This document shows positions 36,620-47,503 of a DNA stretch of 64,000 bases, piece by piece (within the stretch, counting starts at the first letter, position 1; each line of letters opens with the position of its first letter). The DNA comes from an uncultured Gammaproteobacteria bacterium. Lineage in GTDB: Bacteria; Patescibacteriota; Patescibacteriia; Magasanikbacterales; GWA2-37-8. The notes beneath the pieces were generated by a model. The model worked only from the letters and a program-made list of their open reading frames with translations. It ran no database searches and was not told the origin of the DNA. The stretch covers positions 39,065 through 103,064 of the forward strand of contig CAZHYJ010000003.1 of the NCBI GenBank assembly GCA_964536725.1. The letters run 5' to 3'. The position numbers were made by a program, and so were the translations under genes.

Positions 36620-38695
36620 ATGAGCAATAAATATCGTAAGGAGACAATTAAGGGTTTGACCCGTTCGCAGGTTAATTGGCGAGTGGCTGGGGTAATTGCA
36701 TTGACTGTTATAACTTTGGCAATCGTTTTGCCGGGGAAAGTAAATGCGGGAATTAGTTGGGTAAATTCAAAAACAAATATTGGTTTGCCGACCTTGCCAG
36801 CTAGCGGGTTTAATCTCGGTCTTGATTTACAGGGTGGTGCCCATCTTATTTATGCTGCCAACACGACTAATGTGCCAGCAAAAGATCGGGCTGATTCTGT
36901 CGAAGGTGTGCGTGATGTTATCGAGCGTCGGGTGCGTGGTGGCTTGGGTGTGGCTGAACCGATGGTACAGACTACTCGTGTAGGCGAGGAATATCGAGTG
37001 ATTGTGGAGTTGCCAGGTATAACTGATGTTAATCAAGCAATTAAAATGATCGGCGAAACTCCGGTTTTGGAATTTAAAGAAGAAAATACCGCACCACAAC
37101 GTGAACTAACCAAAGAAGAAAAGAAACAGCTGAGTGATTTTAATATTGCTGCTGAGAAAAAGGCTAAACTGGCTTTAACTGCAGTGCGTCAGGGAAAAGA
37201 TTTTGCCGCTGTAGTTACTGAGTTTTCTGAAGATGAAAAAACTAAAAATACCGGTGGTGATATTGGTTTTATTAATGATGTATCGTTGCCAGAGGTTTAT
37301 AAATGGGCAAGTACTCACAAAGATGGTGAGACCAGTAATGTTTTGGTAAAAGATGTTGATGGTTGGAATGTTGTTAAACGCTTAGGCCAAAGAGATGGTG
37401 AAAAATATGTTTCCGCTGCGCATTTATTGTTGTGTTACCAAGGTGCTGAACGTTGTGAGGGTGCGCAATATACTAAAGAGCAGGCTTTGGAAAAAATTAA
37501 AGAAATAAAGACTCAGATAACAGTTGTTAATTTTGGTGATATGGTGGCGCAATATTCAACTGAACCAGGTGCCAAAGATCGTGCTGGTGATTTGGGTAAA
37601 TTTAAATCTGGCGAGATGGTGCCAGAATTTGAGAGTGCAGCTTTCGGTATGGCAGTTGGCGCAATTTCTGATCCGGTTGAATCTCAGTTTGGTTATCATT
37701 TAATTTATAAAAAAGGTGAGGAAATTACCAAAGAATATCAGGTAGCGAGGGTTTTGGTTCGTACCAAAACTGAAGCGGATATTGTGCCGCCAGCGGAAGA
37801 GTGGAAATTTTCCGGTCTTTCCGGCAAACAATTAAAACGTGCCGAAGTAACAGAAGATATGCAGACTGGTCAGATTCAAGTTAGTTTAAATTTTGATGAG
37901 GTAGGTACCAAATTGTTTGCCGACATTACCACACGTAATGCTAATAAGTTAGTTGCGATATTTTTGGATGGTGAGGCGATTAGTATACCGCGTGTTGATG
38001 AGCCAATTTTAAGCGGAAGTGCTGTTATTTCCGGTGGTTTCACTTTAACCGAAGCCAAAATTTTAGCTCAACGTTTGAATTCAGGTGCGCTCCCAGTACC
38101 GGTGGAGATTATCAGTCAACAGACTGTTGGTGCTTCACTAGGTGCTGATTCTTTACAAAAAAGTTTTGTGGCCGGTCTTTGGGGCTTGCTTGCAGTGGTG
38201 ATCTTTGTGATTTTTTACTACCGTTTACCTGGTTTGATTGCTTCGGTTGCCTTACTTATATATGTTACATTAACTTTGGCAATCTTTAAATTGCTTGGTG
38301 TCACCCTAACTCTTTCGGGTATTGCGGGTTTTATCTTGTCTATTGGTATGGCAGTTGATGCTAATGTGTTGATTTTCGAACGTTTAAAGGAAGAGCTGAG
38401 ATTAGGCCGCAGTTTGAGCACAGCTTTGGAAGAGTCTTTCGTGCGTGCTTGGAGTTCTATCCGCGACAGTAATATCACCACTCTTATTAGTTGTGTCTTC
38501 TTATTATGGATGGGCACAGGTTTTGTTCAAGGCTTTGCCATTACTTTGGCTGTCGGTGTGTTGATGTCCATGTTCTCTGCTATTGTGATTACTCGTAATT
38601 TGATGCGCTGGATATTGGTGTGGTTTAAAAATGGTGCCAATCATCTTTTCTTAGGCTACAAAAAAGGCGAACAAAATATTGAAACTATAAAATAA
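36620..38695 (+). CDS. secD: protein translocase subunit SecD with tandem parvulin-type PPIase domains inserted in the periplasmic head
   Basis: TM1 and P1 head plus C-terminal 5-TM bundle typical of SecD; inserted segment with GGDIGFINDVSLPEVYKWA and HLLL...GDLGKFKSGEMVPEFESAAFGMAVGAISDPVESQFGYHLIYK, both close to PpiC (GGDLG.F..G.MVP.F....F...G......T.FGYH). Confidence 0.85.
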   Translation: MSNKYRKETIKGLTRSQVNWRVAGVIALTVITLAIVLPGKVNAGISWVNSKTNIGLPTLPASGFNLGLDLQGGAHLIYAANTTNVPAKDRADSVEGVRDVIERRVRGGLGVAEPMVQTTRVGEEYRVIVELPGITDVNQAIKMIGETPVLEFKEENTAPQRELTKEEKKQLSDFNIAAEKKAKLALTAVRQGKDFAAVVTEFSEDEKTKNTGGDIGFINDVSLPEVYKWASTHKDGETSNVLVKDVDGWNVVKRLGQRDGEKYVSAAHLLLCYQGAERCEGAQYTKEQALEKIKEIKTQITVVNFGDMVAQYSTEPGAKDRAGDLGKFKSGEMVPEFESAAFGMAVGAISDPVESQFGYHLIYKKGEEITKEYQVARVLVRTKTEADIVPPAEEWKFSGLSGKQLKRAEVTEDMQTGQIQVSLNFDEVGTKLFADITTRNANKLVAIFLDGEAISIPRVDEPILSGSAVISGGFTLTEAKILAQRLNSGALPVPVEIISQQTVGASLGADSLQKSFVAGLWGLLAVVIFVIFYYRLPGLIASVALLIYVTLTLAIFKLLGVTLTLSGIAGFILSIGMAVDANVLIFERLKEELRLGRSLSTALEESFVRAWSSIRDSNITTLISCVFLLWMGTGFVQGFAITLAVGVLMSMFSAIVITRNLMRWILVWFKNGANHLFLGYKKGEQNIETIK

Positions 38696-38702
38696 TTTAG
38701 AT

Positions 38703-39614
38703 ATGTTTATTCCTTTTATAAAGTATTCAAAGTTGTGGATTGCGATTGCTTCGGCAGTGAGTTTAATCTGTTTGTCTTTGGTTGTTGTGTGGGGTTTGAA
38801 ACCAGGAATTGATTTTACTGGCGGATCGCTACTTGAAACTTCGTATTCGACTACTCGGCCGACAATTGCTGAAATGCAAAACTATTTAGTGGAGAAAGGG
38901 ATCAAGAATGCTGTCGTTCAACCGATAGGTGATCATTCTTTGGTGGTTCGTACTGGATTTTTGAACGAAGACGAACACCAGAAAGTCTTGACGGATGTTA
39001 AAGAAAAATTCGCTGTTGATGGTAATGTGGTCAAAGAGGAGCGTTTTGAAACTGTCGGTGCTTCAGTGAGTCAACAACTTCGTCAGCGTGCTCTGTGGGC
39101 CATAATTTTGGTGTCTTTAGGTATTGTGGCCTATGTGGCCTATGCTTTTCGCCATGTTTCTCGTCCAGTTGCCAGTTGGAAATATGGTGCTTTAGCGGTA
39201 GTTGCTTTGATTCATGATTTGCTTTTAGTAATGGGTGTCTTTGCTATTTTGGGCTATTTTAGAGGTATAGAAGTTGATACTGCTTTTGTGGTGGCACTTT
39301 TGACTGTACTTGGTTATTCTGTCAACGATACAATCGTGGTGTTCGACCGGGTGCGTGAAAATCTATTACGCCACCGTTCTGATGATTTCAGTGAGACTGT
39401 AAATATTGGTTTAAATCAAACCTTAATGCGTTCGATTAACACCACTCTAACCACGTTGTTCCCATTATTTGCTTTATACTTCTTAGGTGGTTCTACTATC
39501 CATAATTTTGTCTTAGCGCTTTTAATTGGTATTGCTTCTGGTGCTTATTCTTCGATCTTTATCGCCAGTCCGTTGTTGGTAATGGTGGAGAAATGGCAAA
39601 GACGAAACGCCTAG
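38703..39614 (+). CDS. secF: protein translocase subunit SecF
   Basis: 6-TM SecF topology; immediately downstream of secD. Confidence 0.85.
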   Translation: MFIPFIKYSKLWIAIASAVSLICLSLVVVWGLKPGIDFTGGSLLETSYSTTRPTIAEMQNYLVEKGIKNAVVQPIGDHSLVVRTGFLNEDEHQKVLTDVKEKFAVDGNVVKEERFETVGASVSQQLRQRALWAIILVSLGIVAYVAYAFRHVSRPVASWKYGALAVVALIHDLLLVMGVFAILGYFRGIEVDTAFVVALLTVLGYSVNDTIVVFDRVRENLLRHRSDDFSETVNIGLNQTLMRSINTTLTTLFPLFALYFLGGSTIHNFVLALLIGIASGAYSSIFIASPLLVMVEKWQRRNA

Positions 39615-39631
39615 TTTTTTACGATGTTTAA

Positions 39632-39659
39632 ACCCCAAGTTTTCGGCCTGGGGTTTTTT
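39632..39659 (+). terminator. rho-independent terminator after secF
   Basis: CCCCAAG...CTGGGG hairpin followed by TTTTTT. Confidence 0.6.
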
Positions 39660-39707
39660 AATTTCTGATTATTTGGTATAATAGATATATCTTAAATTTA
39701 TTATAGT

Positions 39708-39869
39708 ATGTCCGAAAATATCGTTCGTCATCTTGTTGCCTTGGCCGCCACTATTATCTGTGCTTTAGCCTATTATGCTGGTTATGTTTCAGGTATACGA
39801 GGTTGGTGGTGGACAATATTCTCCGTGGTTGTAGTCTATGGAGGTATTTATCGTTTAATAAATAAATAG
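39708..39869 (+). CDS. small hydrophobic protein (53 aa)
   Basis: ORF below track threshold: MSENIVRHLVALAATIICALAYYAGYVSGIRGWWWTIFSVVVVYGGIYRLINK; TATAAT box about 40 nt upstream. Confidence 0.3.
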   Translation: MSENIVRHLVALAATIICALAYYAGYVSGIRGWWWTIFSVVVVYGGIYRLINK

Positions 39870-39873
39870 TTTT

Positions 39874-41298
39874 ATGCCGTTGGTATTGGCGACTCCATTT
39901 GGTTTTAGTATTGATCTGACTTTCTGGGCAGAGTTATTTTCGCAACCAACAGTTGATATTATTAACTCTCTTTATGCGATTGTAGGATGGACAATACTAG
40001 CTCTGGTATTTTTCTTTATGGGCAGTGAGTTGTGGGTTGGTTATCGCACTACTTTATATACCAAAAAATGGCAATGGGTGGTTTTGGCAGTAGATGTTCC
40101 TCCTCTTTATATCCAGTCTCCCAAAGCGGTAGAGCAGATTTTTGCGCATTTAAGTGGTGCTAAGGTTAGTGTTAATCTTTGGCAAAAATATTGGATAGGA
40201 AAAAAACAAAAATGGTTTAGTCTTGAAATCGTGAGTTTGGAGGGGTATATTCAGTTTTTAATTCGTTGTGAAGCAGAATATCGTGATTTGGTAGAAGCAG
40301 CAATTTACGCGCAGTATGCAGAGGCGGAAATTACTGAAGTGGAAGATTATGTTGGAATCTTGGCGGATAGTTATCCCAATGATAAGACCGATATTTACGG
40401 CTTGGAATTTAGTTTGGCTGATCATGATGCGTTTCCAATTCGGACCTATCCGAGTTTTGAATATAGTATGAGTAAGGATGTGGTTTTTTCTGATCCGATG
40501 GCGGCGATTTTGGAAAACTTTAGTCGCATTGGTAAAGGAGAGAATTTGCTTTTGCAAATTATTGTTGAGCCTACCAGTAATGCTTGGAAAGAAAAAGGAA
40601 TTGAGCTGGTAAAGAAACTGATAGCTAACAAAAAAGAAGCGCCAAAAAGTTCGATAATTACAACAATTGGCCAGATACCAAAATTATTAGCACAAGAAGC
40701 GATTAATATCTGGGACTGGAATTTTGAGCCAACAGAAAGGGACGCGGTAAAAGAAGTAGCAGGTAAAGTATCTGATCTTTCTCCTGGGGGGAAAGACACG
40801 TTGCAAGCGATTGAGGATAAAATTTCTAAAATTGGTTTTAAGACTAAGATTCGGTTGTTATATACAGCCAATAACGAAGTGTTTAATCCTAGTCGTTGTG
40901 TTGATGGTTTTGTTGGTGCGTTGAATCAGTTCAGTGTGATGAGTCGTAATGCGATTGTTCCTCACGACGATACTGTGGCGCATTATGCCTTTAGCAACTA
41001 TCGCACACTTGCCAAAAAAGCACTGTGTGTAGGTGCTTATAAAAAACGTAAATTAAAAACTGGTGGTAATCCATATATTTTGAATATTGAAGAATTGGCG
41101 ACTATCTGGCATTTCCCATTACCGTTTGTAAAGACACCGTTGTTGCAGAAGGCAGAAACCAAGCGCGGCGAACCACCAATGAATTTACCGTTGGAAGTAA
41201 GCGACGCTGGTTCAAGAATGAAAAAGATTACACCGGCAACAGAGGGGAAGCCAGAAGGAAATTTGCCGGAGCCGCCAGCGGACTTACCTTATGCCTAA
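39874..41298 (+). CDS. membrane-anchored paralog of the N-terminal domain of the VirB4-like ATPase at 50471-53023 (no ATPase domain)
   Basis: N-terminal TM helix; FSLEIVSLEGYIQFLIRCEAEYRDLVEAAIYAQYAEAEITEVEDY aligns with ISFEIVAKDNKITFYVSIPDKVKEFVEQQIHAQYPHAQIDIETDY in the ATPase; shared C-terminal motif WHFPLPF...KRGEPPMNLP vs LWHLPTPY...RKAPPPVNMP. Confidence 0.5.
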   Translation: MPLVLATPFGFSIDLTFWAELFSQPTVDIINSLYAIVGWTILALVFFFMGSELWVGYRTTLYTKKWQWVVLAVDVPPLYIQSPKAVEQIFAHLSGAKVSVNLWQKYWIGKKQKWFSLEIVSLEGYIQFLIRCEAEYRDLVEAAIYAQYAEAEITEVEDYVGILADSYPNDKTDIYGLEFSLADHDAFPIRTYPSFEYSMSKDVVFSDPMAAILENFSRIGKGENLLLQIIVEPTSNAWKEKGIELVKKLIANKKEAPKSSIITTIGQIPKLLAQEAINIWDWNFEPTERDAVKEVAGKVSDLSPGGKDTLQAIEDKISKIGFKTKIRLLYTANNEVFNPSRCVDGFVGALNQFSVMSRNAIVPHDDTVAHYAFSNYRTLAKKALCVGAYKKRKLKTGGNPYILNIEELATIWHFPLPFVKTPLLQKAETKRGEPPMNLPLEVSDAGSRMKKITPATEGKPEGNLPEPPADLPYA

Positions 41299-41705
41299 AA
41301 CAAAAATCCCGATTTTACTCGGGATTTTTTTGTGTTTGAATTTGAGTGGTGAGTTGTCGTATGTATTCGTATCCTCCGACCAAAACTGTGGTGTAAAAAA
41401 TGTCGGCCATTAATTGGTTGCGAAAGAAGGGGAGGGCGGCGAAATAGCTGGTGAATAATCCGGTTAGGTTTGCCGGATACATTGTGCCAAATGCCCATAC
41501 TGCCCAGTTGGTGACAAGAAAGAATATTGTCGAACCAACGACTGTGCCGGTGGCGATTTTTTTCCAACCCTTTTCTTGGGTGGTGTAACCGATTACGGCC
41601 ATTAAAGTGAAGGATAAATAGACTGAGAGCATGATGGGGAGACCATAGAAGCCAATAAACAGGTCGCTGACGAGCATGGCGATGAGTGGAATGGTTAGGG
41701 CGTAT

Positions 41706-43514
<1,809 letters not shown>

Positions 43515-43540
43515 TTCCGAGTGAATGAGAATATGTCGCT

Positions 43541-44068
43541 TTAGCGAATGTATTTCCATTCTATTATATCCCCCTGAATTAGTTTGTAATTTGAAATACC
43601 AATTTGAGCAGTTTGGCCGTTGATGTAATAGATCCAATATTTTCCGTTGCCTGGGTCGTTTTTTATACCGTTGATCTCATCAACGAAAAACCCAAGTGAG
43701 GAGTATTCTTTGCCAGAGAACATGAAGGGTTGTTCAGAGCGAGCGGTTAGTTGGCGCATGGCTTCGAGCAGTGTTGTGTCTGGCTGGAATTTCAAGGTAT
43801 ATGTGCGGTCAGAAGTTTTTAGAGTGGCGGTCAGTTGTTCTGGGGCAGATTCAGTAGTTACGGTAGTAGGGGTGTAATTTGCTTTGATTGTCGAGCTTTG
43901 AAGCGGTGGGGGCAAATTTACCTGCTCAGAGCTTGTGTGAGGTGTTTTAGGGGGTGATGCCGGGGTTTTTGTGTGGTCGGGTATGAGGAGATAGGCGATG
44001 CTTGTGAAGGTGACAAATATCAAGAGGATAAAAAGGCGAATTAGTATTGGGGGGATTGGTTTTTGCAT
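43541..44068 (-). CDS. DUF4430-like secreted/membrane-anchored protein (transcobalamin beta-domain-like)
   Basis: N-terminal TM/signal; C-terminal GKYWIYYINGQTAQIGISNYKLIQGDIIEWKYI matches the DUF4430 pattern (yW.y.vNg....G.....l.dGD.i.w.Y). Confidence 0.5.
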   Translation of the reverse strand: MQKPIPPILIRLFILLIFVTFTSIAYLLIPDHTKTPASPPKTPHTSSEQVNLPPPLQSSTIKANYTPTTVTTESAPEQLTATLKTSDRTYTLKFQPDTTLLEAMRQLTARSEQPFMFSGKEYSSLGFFVDEINGIKNDPGNGKYWIYYINGQTAQIGISNYKLIQGDIIEWKYIR

Positions 44069-44414
44069 ATATAATAAAAAATTTCTACCTGAGCAGAAAT
44101 TATTAAAGTCACCAACGGTGCTATCCTGCTCGGGTTTACCTCGCCAAAGCTAGAATAGCGTAGGCGGGGTTTATCTGAAGACCGGACTAATCCCGATATG
44201 ATCGGAATATTACCGTTGCGGCACAGTGCAGGAATTTAACCTGACTTCCACAGATAAAATTTAAATTGTAACGTAACGTAATGATACCGCTTCGTTGGTT
44301 GGGCGTCAAATTTTGGTTATCCACAGCCTGTGCCTGGTTATATTCTGGGCTTTTTTGTTTGACCAACAAGGTATAATCGTGGTATAAAAAAATAGCCACA
44401 AACGGGGTCGTATT

Positions 44415-44570
44415 ATGCGAAACGCACGAGGGGGCAAGGCGTTCAAGCGTAGGAACAAGGAAAAGAAGAAACCGAAGAAGGTTTCTACCGCTCCGAAGCC
44501 GCACGTCTGCGAAAGGACGAGCGACTCCGCCTTGAACTGCCGCTTCTGCGGCAAGTACACACCCCGATAA
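44415..44570 (+). CDS. small basic ORF (51 aa) inside the GC-rich segment; coding status uncertain
   Basis: MRNARGGKAFKRRNKEKKKPKKVSTAPKPHVCERTSDSALNCRFCGKYTPR; Lys/Arg rich with a C-x8-C-x2-C pattern; could be an artefact of a structured RNA. Confidence 0.2.
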   Translation: MRNARGGKAFKRRNKEKKKPKKVSTAPKPHVCERTSDSALNCRFCGKYTPR

Positions 44571-44674
44571 CCTGGCATGGGAGTGAACCGTGGAGAGGAT
44601 TTCACGCCCATCACGCGTCATCCGAGACCAATCGGGTGGCGCGTTCTTCTTTCAAAAGGTCAGTCATTTTATAT

Positions 44675-45604
44675 ATGAACTGGTTCGATAAAAAACCCAT
44701 TATCGCTTTAGCGCCAATGGCTGATCTAACTGACAGTCCTTTTTGTCGTATTTGTCGCGAAGTGAGCGGTGATGATTTTGTAATCTTTCGAGAAATGGTG
44801 AGTGCTGAGGCGTTGGTGCGAGATAACGCTAAAACTTTAAAAATGTGTGAGTTCGACAAAGAAGAAAGACCAATTGTAATTCAGATATTTGGTGGTGATC
44901 CAGGCAATATCGCTGCTTCGGCAGAGTTGATAGTAAACAAATTTAAACCTGACGGAATTGATATAAATATGGGTTGTCCTGTACCAAAGATTGCCGGACG
45001 GTCTCATGCTGGTGCGGCACTTTTAAAAGATCATGAACGTGCAATCAAAATTATCACCACTTTGAAAGCAAAAAACTTGGGCGTGCCCATTTCTGTAAAA
45101 ACCCGTTTGGGATGGGGGAGTGATAGTGAAATTTTGGAATTTGCACCTAAATTAGAGCAGGCTGGTGCTGATGTTTTGACTATTCATGGTCGTACTAAGG
45201 TGCAAGGATATTCGGGCGCTGCCAATTGGGAGATGATTGGGAAGGTAAAAAATATTTTATCCATTCCAGTGATTGCCAATGGTGATGTATCCAGCGTGGA
45301 AGATATTAAAAGGTGTTTGGAAATAACAAGAGCAGACGGAGTAATGATTGGGCGGGCAGCTTTGGGCAATCCGTGGATTTTTGGCGGGCGTGTTCCAGAT
45401 TTGGAAGAGATTAAAAAAGTAGTTTTGCGACATGCGAAATTGCATGTCGAACATTACGGCGAAGAATTTGGTTTAACCGCATTTCGAAAACATTTACTTT
45501 CATATTTTAAGGGGTTACCAAATATCGCCAAGTGGCGAGTGATGTTAGCACAAGTGAAAGACCAAAAACAATTAGGAGAAATATTAAAAAAAATCCCTGA
45601 GTAG
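44675..45604 (+). CDS. dus: tRNA-dihydrouridine synthase
   Basis: ALAPMADLTDSPFCRICRE FMN-binding N-terminus and TIM-barrel motifs; start set at Met 44675. Confidence 0.85.
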   Translation: MNWFDKKPIIALAPMADLTDSPFCRICREVSGDDFVIFREMVSAEALVRDNAKTLKMCEFDKEERPIVIQIFGGDPGNIAASAELIVNKFKPDGIDINMGCPVPKIAGRSHAGAALLKDHERAIKIITTLKAKNLGVPISVKTRLGWGSDSEILEFAPKLEQAGADVLTIHGRTKVQGYSGAANWEMIGKVKNILSIPVIANGDVSSVEDIKRCLEITRADGVMIGRAALGNPWIFGGRVPDLEEIKKVVLRHAKLHVEHYGEEFGLTAFRKHLLSYFKGLPNIAKWRVMLAQVKDQKQLGEILKKIPE

Positions 45605-45615
45605 GGATTTTTTGA
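45586..45615. terminator. bidirectional terminator hairpin overlapping the dus stop codon
   Basis: AAAAATCCCT-GAGT-AGGGATTTTTT. Confidence 0.5.
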
Positions 45616-45625
45616 ATCGTGTTTT

Positions 45626-45805
45626 TTATCGATATCCAGTATCTTTCCACACACTTTCTTTTTTATCTTCGTCAGGTGGTGCCCATTTAAATTCCGGTTT
45701 TTTCTCTGGCCCTACAACGGGTTGTGCTTCCGTTTTAGGTTTTCCATTCATTTCTTCGGGAGTGAACAGTTCTCCCTGTCCCTCTTTTGGTGGATTGTTA
45801 GACAT
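45626..45805 (-). CDS. small Lys/Glu/Pro-rich ORF (59 aa), uncertain
   Basis: MSNNPPKEGQGELFTPEEMNGKPKTEAQPVVGPEKKPEFKWAPPDEDKKESVWKDTGYR; starts 4 nt after the upstream GT2 stop. Confidence 0.2.
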   Translation of the reverse strand: MSNNPPKEGQGELFTPEEMNGKPKTEAQPVVGPEKKPEFKWAPPDEDKKESVWKDTGYR

Positions 45806-46511
45806 ATTTTTTAAACTTTAACTTTATTATCGTTAGAAAAAATTCCACAATATCTTTGGTGGACAATTTGGATTGTCCCACCTTTCTATCAGTAAATATA
45901 ACGGGAATTTCTTTGGTTGTAAAGCCCTGTTTTTCCACACGGTAGAGCAGTTCTTCTTGAAAGGCATAGCCGTTACTAGAAATATTGTCTAATCGGATTG
46001 CCTCTAAGACCTGTCTGCGGTAACAGCGGAAACCGGCAGTGACGTCATGAACTTTTAATCCTAACACCAGTCGCGATAAAAACATTGCACCGTTACTCAT
46101 CATTTTTCTTTTCCAGTTCCAGCCAATGATTCCACCGCTAGTAATTTTACGTGATCCGATGCTCATGTCCGCCCCTTCGCTACAAGCCAAAATTAATTTT
46201 GGAACGTCGGTGGGGTTGTGGGAAAAATCGGCGTCCATTTCCATAATCAGATCGGCGCCTAGCTCTAGCGCTTTTTTAAATCCGGCAATGTAGGCCGAGC
46301 CGAGGCCGGATTTTTTTTCACGTTTGATTAAATGGAGAGATAGAGGATAGATAGTTTGCCAATCAGTTACAATTTGTGCGGTGTGGTCAGGAGAGTTATC
46401 GTCCACCACAATTATTTCTAAATCGTTTGGGATAATATTAAAAATTGTCGGAATTAACTTGGCAATGTTTTCTCGTTCGTTATAGGTGGGAACAACGATT
46501 ATCGTTTTCAT
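45798..46511 (-). CDS. polyprenol-phosphate glycosyltransferase (GT2, Dpm1/GtrB-like)
   Basis: IIVVPTYNERENI, IIVVDDNSPD and DAD motifs of the GT-A DXD family. Confidence 0.8.
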   Translation of the reverse strand: MKTIIVVPTYNERENIAKLIPTIFNIIPNDLEIIVVDDNSPDHTAQIVTDWQTIYPLSLHLIKREKKSGLGSAYIAGFKKALELGADLIMEMDADFSHNPTDVPKLILACSEGADMSIGSRKITSGGIIGWNWKRKMMSNGAMFLSRLVLGLKVHDVTAGFRCYRRQVLEAIRLDNISSNGYAFQEELLYRVEKQGFTTKEIPVIFTDRKVGQSKLSTKDIVEFFLTIIKLKFKKYV

Positions 46512-46523
46512 GTATTTCTCTGT

Positions 46524-47369
46524 CTATTTCTGTCGGCGCTTGGCGCAGATGAGGGTGTTGCGCAAAAGCAGTGCCACGGTAATTGGTCCGATGCCACCAG
46601 GTGTAGGAGTGAGATAAGAACATTTTTCTAAAATTTCTGGACGGTTGACATCGCCATACATTTTTCCGTTTTCGAAAGCGATACCAGTGTCAACGATAAT
46701 CGTGCCCAGTCGAATCATGTCACCGCGTAATAAATCTTTTTTTCCGACAGCGGTAACAACAATGTCAGCTTCAAGACATTTTTCTTTGGTATTGTTAGTG
46801 CGGCTATTACAAGTAATTACTGAGGCACCAGCGTTCATCATCATGATGGCAAGCGGGCGACCAACTAGTGCACCAGTGCCAACAATAGTAACATTTTTTC
46901 CTTTTAAATTAACTTTAATAGTTTGTAAAACTTCCAGCACCGCCGTTGGGGTGGGTGGGGTAAGCCAGCTAGTTCCCATTACCAATTTACCAGTATTGGT
47001 GTCGGTCATGCAGTCTACATCCAATTCGGGGTCGATAGCGTTTAAAACATCGGGAGTATACAATCTTTCGGGTAGTGGTAGTTGTACGATAAGTCCAGAT
47101 ATTTTTTTGTTTTTTTGAATCTCTTTTATTTTCTTTACCAACACAATTTTGGAAACAGAAGCAGGGAAGTGATATAGCACAAATTCCATTCCGACCTGTT
47201 CGGCGGCTTCCTGTTTCTTGCGTATGTAAGTAGCGGACGGTTTGTTGTTGCCAACAAAAACTACCGCCAATTTTGGGGTGAATCCATGCTTTTTGAGTGC
47301 TGCAACAGCTCGAGCGGTTTGTTTGTTGATGTCTGCAGCGATTTGTTTTCCATTAATCAAAATACCCAT
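46524..47369 (-). CDS. folD: bifunctional methylenetetrahydrofolate dehydrogenase/cyclohydrolase
   Basis: N-terminus INGKQIAADI...KLAVVFVGNNKPSATYIRKK and NAD(P)-binding GxGxxVG region. Confidence 0.9.
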   Translation of the reverse strand: MGILINGKQIAADINKQTARAVAALKKHGFTPKLAVVFVGNNKPSATYIRKKQEAAEQVGMEFVLYHFPASVSKIVLVKKIKEIQKNKKISGLIVQLPLPERLYTPDVLNAIDPELDVDCMTDTNTGKLVMGTSWLTPPTPTAVLEVLQTIKVNLKGKNVTIVGTGALVGRPLAIMMMNAGASVITCNSRTNNTKEKCLEADIVVTAVGKKDLLRGDMIRLGTIIVDTGIAFENGKMYGDVNRPEILEKCSYLTPTPGGIGPITVALLLRNTLICAKRRQK

Positions 47370-47503
47370 AGTGATCGCATTCTATCATAAATATGGGGAA
47401 AAATCAACTTGTTTTGGGAGGGTTGACAAAACGAGTATTTTTTTTAAAACTAGGCTAGTTCCTTGATATTTTCAATGGTGGTTTTTCCAACTGTGGAGGG
47501 GAT

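Noticed and set aside
44090-44400. Possible RNase P RNA, tmRNA or SRP RNA
   Set aside because: I looked for P4/CR-I (GGAAAGUCCGG), CR-IV (GGUAAGAGC), the tmRNA tag frame with a tRNA-like 3' end, and the SRP domain IV GNRA hairpin, and found no convincing match. Only a weak AGTCCGG string on the - strand turned up. It is left as an unassigned candidate RNA.
44187-44621. 144-aa and 102-aa - strand ORFs in the GC-rich segment
   Set aside because: Long ORFs on several frames are expected by chance in GC-rich sequence embedded in an AT-rich genome. They show no start context or motif.
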